From contig JAKIWO010000001.1 in NCBI GenBank assembly GCA_022749995.1, positions 22,410-86,409 on the forward strand: a stretch of DNA of 64,000 nt, in the 5' to 3' direction. Under the pieces are notes generated by a model. The model was not told the DNA's origin. It made no database searches and saw only the letters and a list, made by a program, of their open reading frames with translations. Below, piece by piece: positions 56,818 through 64,000 of the stretch. The translations under genes were made by a program, and so were the position numbers. How positions within the stretch are numbered: position 1 is the first letter of the stretch; every line of letters begins with the position of its first letter. This DNA is from Thermoplasmata archaeon. Its GTDB lineage: Archaea; Thermoplasmatota; Thermoplasmata; Lutacidiplasmatales; UBA184.

Positions 56818-57321
56818 ATGTCCTTTGAGCTCACACTCCGCTACTCGACCCCGCTCTCCCCGATCGAGGACCTCGAGGAGGTGCTCACCGAGTTCCTTCG
56901 GATGGTGGGCTACCTACCACCGGTCGACGACGGACGAGCCGGCGAGGGTCCCGTCCGAGAGAGCGTGGCCTATCGGCTGGTCCATGATTGCCTGCTCAAG
57001 GACCCGGCCCGTCCCTGGTTCGCCGAGGAGCTCGTCGCGGTGCTGAAGACGACCAAGCCGACCGTCTACCGCCACTTGAACAAGCTCAAGGAACTCGACC
57101 TCCTCGAAGGGGTGAACGGCGGTCCGGACGGCGCGGGGCGCAAGGGCTACCGGCTACGGTACGGGAGCCTGTCGCAGGCCTGGGACTTCACCGAGGCGAA
57201 CGCCCAGAACGCGCTCCGCCGGTACCGCGAAACGGTAAACCACCTCCAGCATCTGCTCGAGCGACCGGCGCCGGCCGCTCCCGCGGCACGGCGCGCGGCA
57301 CAGGAGAAGCGCGGAGGATGA
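56818..57321 (+). CDS. Winged-helix transcriptional regulator
   Basis: AEELVAVLKTTKPTVYRHLNKLKELDLL. Confidence 0.85.
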   Translation: MSFELTLRYSTPLSPIEDLEEVLTEFLRMVGYLPPVDDGRAGEGPVRESVAYRLVHDCLLKDPARPWFAEELVAVLKTTKPTVYRHLNKLKELDLLEGVNGGPDGAGRKGYRLRYGSLSQAWDFTEANAQNALRRYRETVNHLQHLLERPAPAAPAARRAAQEKRGG

Positions 57322-57620
57322 GCTCGGGGGAAGGGGGGTCTAAGCGCCCGGCGATCTCGCTCACGCAGGGTTCCCGGGTCCGGGTCCATTCGGCCGGCAG
57401 CCGTGAGGAGCCGATGGTCAGCGTCGGCGTCTTCCGTGGGCTCGTCTCCGTCGGCGGCGAGAACTCCCTCGCGCTCGAACTCGAGGCGGAGAAGGGGGAG
57501 AAGGAGCGGGTGCGGCTCGTGCCGCTCTCCGCCATCTTCGCGATCGACATCCTCCTGGCGGTCAAAGCCGAGGAAGAGAAGCGGGTCGACCCCGGCACCG
57601 CCTCGGGGTACTTCCGGTAA
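57318..57620 (+). CDS. Conserved hypothetical protein, Sm-like/SH3-type beta barrel
   Basis: ATGA-coupled to the regulator with a GGAGG SD; beta-rich (GVFRG..RLVPLSAIFAIDIL). Confidence 0.7.
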   Translation: MSSGEGGSKRPAISLTQGSRVRVHSAGSREEPMVSVGVFRGLVSVGGENSLALELEAEKGEKERVRLVPLSAIFAIDILLAVKAEEEKRVDPGTASGYFR

Positions 57621-57628
57621 TCCCGGAG

Positions 57629-57729
57629 CGGGCTTGCTGGGAGTTTCGCCGCCCGCACGACGGGGGGTTTCGAACCCAGGTCGTTGGCTTCGAAGGCCAA
57701 CAGGATAGTCCAGACTACCCCACAAGCCC
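57629..57729 (-). tRNA. tRNA-Arg(TCG) with a 26-nt intron at position 59/60 (intron 57643-57668)
   Basis: Acceptor stem GGGCTTG/CAAGCCC-G; anticodon arm TTGGC-CTTCGAA-GCCAA; T stem CTGGG/CCCAG; splicing yields T-loop TTCGAAT and a 75-nt tRNA; TTATA box at 57754-57758. Confidence 0.93.
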
Positions 57730-57803
57730 GCGCGGTTCTCACGTCGGAGGCCGTATAAGGGGGTTGTGCGCGACGGGCGAGCGGCTCGCCGGGAGCGTCC
57801 GCC

Positions 57804-60800
57804 TCAGGTGTGGGTCGGAGGGATCGGCTGCCGTACCGCTGCTTCGGCTGACTCCTCGGATTCGAGGGGCAGTCCGTCCAGCGTGGTCTGCGACGGAGTT
57901 CCCGGGAAGAGGGTGGCGAGCGAGTTCTCGAGTAGATCGATCCGCTGGCGCAGGTACGGGGTGACCCCCGGAGTCCGTGCGAGCCGCTGGGACAGCCCGA
58001 GGTACTTGCGTACCGCGCCCTCAAAGACGGTCGGCGAAAGCTCGCCGCCGCAGCTCTCGCGGCCCTTCGTCACGGCGCAGCGGCCGGTGAGGGGCGGCCG
58101 TCGGTAGCTCATGCCACAGGCCTTGCACCGGAACTTCTGCGTCGCGAAGCTCTTCAGGTTCCCCATGAGGTCTGGAATGAAGTGGGCGTTGAGGACGAGG
58201 CTCACCGCATCGGCGATGTCCACGGCCCGTAGCTGAGCCGTGAGCAGGAGCGACTGCTCCACGATGCTGGGCATGCTGGCTGCCTCCCGGTACGCCGAGC
58301 GCACGGGGCCGCCGGCGAGGTCGCTCGTGTCGTGGGTGAATCCGGCGTCCCAGACGGCTCCGGTGGCGTCAATCCACCGGCCCAACGTGGGCACCAGGGA
58401 CTCGAGCTCCTTGGCCGAGCGGTGCGCCGCGGCGCCCTCGAAGACCGCCAGAGGGTACGAGTCGGCCACGTCCAGGTTGTGCGCCTCCTTGTCCACCTCG
58501 CGCGCGTCGACCCGAGTGGTGAGGACGAGCGGCTTGTCCATGAGCGCCCCGCGGCTATCGGGCAGGAACGCCCGGGAGAAGTTCACCAGCGCATCGAGCA
58601 GCAGGGTGACCGAGTCCTCGTCGCCGTCGCAGTTGCGCCGCTTGGCGGCGTGGAACAAGGGATGGGCAAAGCACGCCTCCGCGTCGCTGTAGCCGATCAG
58701 TCGGCCGGCCACCCCCCCCGAGGTGTGGGGGGCGAGCGCCACCAGGATCGCGCCGACCAATTCCTCGGGCGCGTGCACCTGATAGAACGGCGAGACGTTG
58801 TACAGCCGGACCAGTTCGTCGTCGACGAACTGGGCGAGATGGGTCAGGTACTTCCCGCAGGAGCGCGAGACGATGAGGTCTTGCGGGCGTAGCTCGAGCA
58901 ACTGTTCGGGGTCCGTGAGCGGCTCGCCGAGCAGGTCGGTGCGATAGCCCAGCTCTCGCAGCCGGACCACGGGGGTGCCCACCTCCGACGGTCGGAAGTG
59001 GGTGAGGGGAAGGTCGGTGAGGTCGAATCGGGCCGTGCCGTCCTGGTAGACCGAAATGCCGTGCGCGGCCCGAAGAATTCCCTTCTCGAGTCGCTCGGGA
59101 ACCTTGCCGCGCGAGGTCAGTCCCTTGACCCCTTTGACCTCCGGTACCCTACGCAGGTGCAGCCGGTCGAGCGCCTGCGCCCACAAGGGTGCCACCGGCA
59201 GCGGTTGCGTCGAGAGTTCGCCCGTGGCCACCGTGAGCCCGCCGCAGGTGCAACTTCCCCACACGGAGCCCCGTCCGCAGTCGCTGCAGCGCCGCACGCC
59301 GAGCGTCGTGGGAACCCCACCGCCCATGCTGCGCCGCGCCGCCTCCGGCACCGAGCGTCGGGGCCCTCCCGCCTCGCCGACCGGGAAGAGGGCGTGCACG
59401 TTCGGGCTCATCGACCGCTGCCGTGCCTTCTCCGGCCGGCCCACACGCGCGCCGATCCGCGACGGACCCTTGGCGCGGACCTGCGCTCCTGCGAGCCGGC
59501 TCACCAGCACGAGCGGGGACCCCGTGTCGTCCTCGGGCAAGCCGTCGCCGCGGCGGAGCACCACGCCACCTTCCACCGCGAGGCCCAGGCCACCGAGCAG
59601 ACCCGCGGCCGCCACCGGCTCGAGGCGCAACATTCCCTCGCCCGCCGGCGCGTGGGCCGCGCCGAGCCGCACGAGCAGCTCCTTCCACTCGGGGTCCGCC
59701 GAAAGCTCGAGGGAGCCGTTGTGCCAACGGCCCGCGCTCTCCACCCGCTCCGACAGGCGCAGGATCTCCCGCGTACTCAGGTCGTGCCAGAACAGCAGGA
59801 ACCGAGGATGGAGCGGCGCACCGGTTCGCACCGACGTCGCGAGCGCGTGCGCGTAGTCGGGAGAGAGCGCCAACGCATCGAGAGGGACGCCGCGGGAGCG
59901 CAGTTCTTCCAGGTGCCAATCCAGGGAGTAGCCGCCCGGTTCGAGCGGCCGATTGTTCTCCAAGAACTCGCCGAACGGCACCAGCAACTCCCCCAGGTCG
60001 ATGATCCGCCGGACCCGGGGGAGCACGGTTTCGGCGCTCGCGGTATCGTGCACACCCACGAGCGTACCGTCGGTGAGTTCGAGCAGCGGCCCCTCGATGG
60101 TGTCGCAGAGCGCCATCGCCGTCGCCTTGCCGGGGTACTCGAGCTTGACCTGGGTGCCGATCGCCACGAATCGGTGCAGCACGACCATGGTCGCGGGGTT
60201 GATCGCGCACGAGGCGAGCCCCGTCGTCCTCGCCCGCCCGTACACGAGGCGGAAGCCGCCGGGGCGGTTCGGATAGGCGAGGATCGGCCGTCCGCCGAGC
60301 GCCTCGCGCAGGTACTTGGGTTCGCTGGGACGCTCCTCCTCGCCGTTGGCCTGGTGGCCGACCCGCTCGAGGAACTCCCAGCCCGGGATCCCGAGCTTCT
60401 CCACAATCTTGCGCAGCTTCGCGGACTTCTGGCAGAGCCCCTCGGCGATGACGAGGCAGGCTCCGCCCCGGATGCCGTTGGTGCCGACCCGCGGCAAGTC
60501 GCGGAAGGCGCTCACCTGCGCATCCCCTTCGGTCGACTCCCCCGAGATGGCCACGGGAACCCCGCGGACCACGGTCGCCACCTCCTCCGGGCTCGGCACG
60601 TACTGTAGGTGCTGCAGGTGCTTGTAGAGCGGGATCTCCTCCTGGTACCGCCCGACCTCGTCCTCGTGCGGATGGTACCGACCGAGACCGGCATCGCGCC
60701 GGACCACGTCCGCCAGCAGCACCGACAGCGCTTGGGCCGTGCCACCCGCCGCGCGGATCGGGCCGGCGTAGTAGAGTTCGAGGTAGGCCGAGTCGGTCCC

Positions 60801-61178
60801 TTCCCCCCGGACGTGCACCTCGGCAAGTCCCTCGAGCGGGGCGACCAGGATCCCCTCGGTCAGGATGGCGAGCCCCACCCGGAGCGCACGGTCGAGCCGC
60901 GCCTCCAGACTCAGCCCCTGCCCATCCTCCCGGGCGAGGCGGCGGGCCATCTCCACCGCGGCCTCCTCCCGGGGCATTCGCTCGGCCAGGCGGCGGATCT
61001 CCACCGAGATCCCGTCGAGATGGAGGTGCGCGAGCAGCTTTTCGACGCGCATCGCCATGTCCTGCGCGCGAGGGATCTCGACCTCCGCCGAAGGGTCCAC
61101 GCCGGTGCGCCGGGCCGCCGAGGCCGCCTCGTAGGCACGCGTTACTTCGGCGTCGAGGAGGGCGTCGTACTCCTCCAC
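57804..61178 (-). CDS. polC: DNA polymerase D large subunit (DP2), no intein
   Basis: AILTEG..APLEG, YAGPIRAAGGT, GGFRL.YGRAR, IGARVGRPEK, HAAKRRNCDGDED, C-terminal Zn finger. Confidence 0.97.
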   Translation of the reverse strand: MEEYDALLDAEVTRAYEAASAARRTGVDPSAEVEIPRAQDMAMRVEKLLAHLHLDGISVEIRRLAERMPREEAAVEMARRLAREDGQGLSLEARLDRALRVGLAILTEGILVAPLEGLAEVHVRGEGTDSAYLELYYAGPIRAAGGTAQALSVLLADVVRRDAGLGRYHPHEDEVGRYQEEIPLYKHLQHLQYVPSPEEVATVVRGVPVAISGESTEGDAQVSAFRDLPRVGTNGIRGGACLVIAEGLCQKSAKLRKIVEKLGIPGWEFLERVGHQANGEEERPSEPKYLREALGGRPILAYPNRPGGFRLVYGRARTTGLASCAINPATMVVLHRFVAIGTQVKLEYPGKATAMALCDTIEGPLLELTDGTLVGVHDTASAETVLPRVRRIIDLGELLVPFGEFLENNRPLEPGGYSLDWHLEELRSRGVPLDALALSPDYAHALATSVRTGAPLHPRFLLFWHDLSTREILRLSERVESAGRWHNGSLELSADPEWKELLVRLGAAHAPAGEGMLRLEPVAAAGLLGGLGLAVEGGVVLRRGDGLPEDDTGSPLVLVSRLAGAQVRAKGPSRIGARVGRPEKARQRSMSPNVHALFPVGEAGGPRRSVPEAARRSMGGGVPTTLGVRRCSDCGRGSVWGSCTCGGLTVATGELSTQPLPVAPLWAQALDRLHLRRVPEVKGVKGLTSRGKVPERLEKGILRAAHGISVYQDGTARFDLTDLPLTHFRPSEVGTPVVRLRELGYRTDLLGEPLTDPEQLLELRPQDLIVSRSCGKYLTHLAQFVDDELVRLYNVSPFYQVHAPEELVGAILVALAPHTSGGVAGRLIGYSDAEACFAHPLFHAAKRRNCDGDEDSVTLLLDALVNFSRAFLPDSRGALMDKPLVLTTRVDAREVDKEAHNLDVADSYPLAVFEGAAAHRSAKELESLVPTLGRWIDATGAVWDAGFTHDTSDLAGGPVRSAYREAASMPSIVEQSLLLTAQLRAVDIADAVSLVLNAHFIPDLMGNLKSFATQKFRCKACGMSYRRPPLTGRCAVTKGRESCGGELSPTVFEGAVRKYLGLSQRLARTPGVTPYLRQRIDLLENSLATLFPGTPSQTTLDGLPLESEESAEAAVRQPIPPTHT

Positions 61179-61221
61179 GGGCCCCGGAGCCCGGCGGTCC
61201 CTTAAGATGGTGGGGCGGGGC

Positions 61222-61689
61222 TCATTGGCAGAGGACGGTCAGGTTGAGGACGTAGCTTCCGGCGGCGCCGGGTGCCTGTACCGTGATCGTGGTGTCGCCA
61301 TCGCCGTGAGCGGCGTACAGGACCGGCGCGGGCGGTGAGCTCGAGACCACGTGGAAGGGGGCGTTGGGATTGAAGGCGACGAGGCTGTGAGCGAGCGAGT
61401 CGTCGTTGGCCAGGTTGAGCGAGACCGTGAACGTGCCGCCGACCGGCAGGGTGAGCGGGTAGCCGGAGACGAAGCTCACGTTCGCGACCCCGAACCAAGG
61501 CTGGCCCTGCGTGGTCCGGCCCTCCTCGAGGTAGGCCGAGGCGCCCGAGACCGTAACGCTGGCCGAGGAACTGTGGTTGTACAGGGACACCACCGCGAGC
61601 AGGACCACCACCACCGCTGCCACCGCGCCGACCACGAGGACGAGGTGCTTGCGGCCTCGCGCCCCCTGGAAGTACCCTACGATGGACAT
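61222..61689 (-). CDS. Membrane-anchored protein with a beta-sandwich ectodomain
   Basis: N-terminal TM followed by a Ser/Thr/Val-rich beta domain. Confidence 0.7.
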   Translation of the reverse strand: MSIVGYFQGARGRKHLVLVVGAVAAVVVVLLAVVSLYNHSSSASVTVSGASAYLEEGRTTQGQPWFGVANVSFVSGYPLTLPVGGTFTVSLNLANDDSLAHSLVAFNPNAPFHVVSSSPPAPVLYAAHGDGDTTITVQAPGAAGSYVLNLTVLCQ

Positions 61690-61750
61690 GTCGCTCCCTC
61701 TGGGTAGTGGTGCGAGGGACGCGGCTATTATTCCTTCGGCGGAGCCGCGT

Positions 61751-62512
61751 TCAGCGCGTATCGGGCGCGGCGGGGAAAACGCCTGTCGCCTCGGCGATCT
61801 GGCGCCGCGCCTTGCCCGCAGGGTGCAAGGAGCCGAGCTCGACGACGTGCCCCCCGGCCGGTGGCGCGAGCGCTCTTGGGTTGAACCAGAGCGCGGGGAT
61901 GCCGGCGGATCGCGCCCCGACGACGTCCGACTCGAAGGAGTCGCCCACCATCCGGGCCTCGGGCGGAGCCGCGCGCAGCCGACGTAGCGCTAGGCGAAAA
62001 ATCTCTGCTGAGGGTTTGGCGTAGCCGGCCTCTTCCGATGTGAGCAGCAGGTCGACGAGGGGGGCGAGTCCAATCGCCTCGAGCTTCTCCTCCTGCTCGA
62101 TCCGCAGGTTGTTAGTGACGATGCCGACCGGGATGCCCGCCTCGTGGTAGCTCCCGAGGAGCTCCGGAGCCCCCGTGACGGGGCGGCGGGAACGCTGGTA
62201 CTCCTCGCGGTACACGCTGGCCATCTGCGCGACCTCGGCGGGGAGCGCTGAGGATCCGGCGTCTGCGAGGAGCCGACGGAACCGATCCTCTCGCGCAGCG
62301 CTCGCCGAAAGAGTGCCCGAGAGCACGCCCTCGTGCAGCTCGTTGACCAGGTCCAGGTACCGGCCCACCTGCACGGCGAAGGCCGTACGGGCCAATCCAG
62401 GGTGCTCGCGGCGCAGGCGCTGAAGCGCGCCCTTCACGGCTCCGCGATGATCGAATAGCGTGTCGTCCAGGTCGAACAACACTACGCGGGGGGAGGGGAG
62501 CGCGGAGTTCAC
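61751..62512 (-). CDS. HAD-superfamily hydrolase
   Basis: FDLDDTL, VTN, KP, VGDS..SDV. Confidence 0.93.
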   Translation of the reverse strand: MNSALPSPRVVLFDLDDTLFDHRGAVKGALQRLRREHPGLARTAFAVQVGRYLDLVNELHEGVLSGTLSASAAREDRFRRLLADAGSSALPAEVAQMASVYREEYQRSRRPVTGAPELLGSYHEAGIPVGIVTNNLRIEQEEKLEAIGLAPLVDLLLTSEEAGYAKPSAEIFRLALRRLRAAPPEARMVGDSFESDVVGARSAGIPALWFNPRALAPPAGGHVVELGSLHPAGKARRQIAEATGVFPAAPDTR

Positions 62513-62530
62513 GGATCCTCCCGTGCTCCC

Positions 62531-63025
62531 TCAGTGGGAGGGCGCGCCCCGCCCCGTCTCTGTCTCCCCCGAGGTCGGAGGCGCTGTCGCCCCCGCGAGA
62601 ACTCCGTAGCAGGCGAACGCCAGGAGGAAGAAGATCGCCATCAGGTAGGACGCGATCGCGTTACCGTAGCCAGTGTAGACGAAACTCAGCCCGCCGACCG
62701 CAGCGCCCGCGATGCCGACGAACCCCAGCCCGCCGAGACGCCGTACCTGTGCCGAGGGGAAGGTGTTCGACAAAGCGAAGACGACCAGGGAGAGGAACAC
62801 GAGCGCCACCGCTACGACCACGTGCGCCGCGAGCGCCGGATCCGACCCGTCGATGATCGCCGTGCCGAGCGAGGGAGTCCCCCCAGGGAAGCTTCCCAGG
62901 AGGTTGACCCACTCCCCGAGCAGGAACTGCAGGGTCAGTAGACCCAACAGCCCTCGCGCGGCCCGCTGCAGACCCACCCAGGAGTACTCTCCGTCGACCG
63001 TTGAGGCCCGAGAAGCGCCGGTCAT
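62531..63025 (-). CDS. Four-TM membrane protein
   Basis: QFLLGEWVNL..H..SYLMA; hydrophobic helices. Confidence 0.75.
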   Translation of the reverse strand: MTGASRASTVDGEYSWVGLQRAARGLLGLLTLQFLLGEWVNLLGSFPGGTPSLGTAIIDGSDPALAAHVVVAVALVFLSLVVFALSNTFPSAQVRRLGGLGFVGIAGAAVGGLSFVYTGYGNAIASYLMAIFFLLAFACYGVLAGATAPPTSGETETGRGAPSH

Positions 63026-63041
63026 CGTTCCCCTCGCGAAG

Positions 63042-63860
63042 CTACCGCCCTCCTCGGGCGGTCGTGCGCGGGCTGCGCGGCCTCGTGCGCCGAGCCGGTC
63101 GGGCACCCTCCGAGGCCCGATTGGCGAATCCGGACTCGAGCAAGCCGGAGAGCAGTGAGTCGTGCTTGCGCTCGTCGGCCGCGATGCTCTCGAGCAGCAG
63201 GGCGAGCGTACCCCCGACCTCCCGGGCGAGGACCGGTTCGGGCCGAGCTTCGGCCCGTCGCTCGTCCCGTATCAGTCCCTCCACATCGGCCCGGGTGATC
63301 CCGGTAGCGGGCGCCCGGGAGATTCCCCGGGAGAGGTACGGCCCCAGGGAAGCGACGATCTCTGCGTGACGCAAGCTGTCCGAGGCGATCTGACGGAAGA
63401 CGGCCCGAGTGAGCTCGTCGCGTGCCTTCTGGGCGAGCCGCATCGACTGGGCCACCGCGCGTTGCTCCGCGCGGACCCGGGCCCGGCTCCACCAGAGCAT
63501 CTCGCGGGTCCGTTCGCCGGAGGGCGCTTTTCCGGGGGCGACGCCCGGCTCCGTTCCCGGGTGGACCCCCTCCGTCAGCTCGACCAGCGCACGGGCGCCG
63601 TCGAACAGGATGCGGAGGCGTTCGCCCGGTTCGGCAGGGCGCATCGCCACGAGGCGGTGGGCGACCGAACGGGCCAGCCGTCGCGCTTCCTCGCTGCGAT
63701 CGAACGGCTCGAGCTCCCGGCCCCGCCGCTTCCCGGAGAGGTACTGCGAGACGGCCGACGGGGCGACACCCAGGAGGTCGGCGGCATGGCGCGTCGACTC
63801 ACCCAGCTCCTCCACCAATTCGGAGGCCACCATCACTTGGAGGATCTGGAGGTAGCTCAC
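63042..63860 (-). CDS. XRE-type HTH regulator fused to a ferritin-like domain
   Basis: AADLLGVAPSAVSQYLSGKRRG; C-terminal E..DSLRH and E..DERKH diiron-like pairs; start uncertain. Confidence 0.7.
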   Translation of the reverse strand: MSYLQILQVMVASELVEELGESTRHAADLLGVAPSAVSQYLSGKRRGRELEPFDRSEEARRLARSVAHRLVAMRPAEPGERLRILFDGARALVELTEGVHPGTEPGVAPGKAPSGERTREMLWWSRARVRAEQRAVAQSMRLAQKARDELTRAVFRQIASDSLRHAEIVASLGPYLSRGISRAPATGITRADVEGLIRDERRAEARPEPVLAREVGGTLALLLESIAADERKHDSLLSGLLESGFANRASEGARPARRTRPRSPRTTARGGR

Positions 63861-64000
63861 GGGAGTGCGGGGCGCGCGGGAGCCCGTCACGTTACAGTGC
63901 CTTCGGGGGGCGGTCTCGACGAGCAACGGTAGGGGCGTTCACGCCGTGAATCCTCGAGCGTTGCGACACGGTGAGCTGTTATAGCCTGTGCCGGCCCGGG

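Noticed and set aside
57600..57800. Integrated element or att site at the tRNA
   Set aside because: The displaced 3' end is explained by the BHB intron; no integrase or duplicated tRNA end is present
9890..61178. Inteins in gyrA, atpA, nrdJ and polC
   Set aside because: Common insertion sites (RYT, GKT, NPC, RNCDGD) are uninterrupted and protein lengths are normal
126..63949. Hundreds of long Arg/Pro/Gly-rich alternative-frame ORFs (for example 648-2378, 9623-11641, 27523-29634, 58998-60608)
   Set aside because: Shadow ORFs expected from high GC and stop-codon scarcity; they overlap well-supported genes and carry no motifs

Overview
A high-GC (roughly 70% by eye) archaeal chromosome segment. 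The lineage is most consistent with a Thermoplasmata-type archaeon (inference from PolD DP2, uS15, Sm-L37e, PurP, an A/V-type ATP synthase with KEC and FABDHI blocks, DNA gyrase and DUF929). It is mostly core housekeeping: carB, ssb, trpS, rps15-DHH-gyrA, folP, mpg, ATP synthase, rnz, hutI, nrdJ, polX, nadA/nadC, gcvT, purP, a three-subunit Mo-hydroxylase and polC. The only clearly accessory module is an MNT-HEPN toxin-antitoxin pair. I found no CRISPR array, transposase, integrase or rRNA. The most notable items are mostly invisible in the ORF track: (1) a tRNA-Arg(UCG) with a 26-nt intron in the T-loop (position 59/60) forming a strict bulge-helix-bulge; (2) an ATP synthase cluster split into two convergent halves, with a 9-bp inverted repeat at the apparent breakpoints and an unannotated 51-aa membrane protein between atpD and atpH; (3) a GT-B protein resembling the bacterial EF-P rhamnosyltransferase EarP; (4) structured non-coding leaders upstream of nrdJ and ssb; (5) an ArsA/Get3-Hsp20 operon with a partner carrying an IxV motif; (6) several apparent pseudo-enzymes and unusual domain fusions. 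All family assignments come from motif recognition, not database searches.
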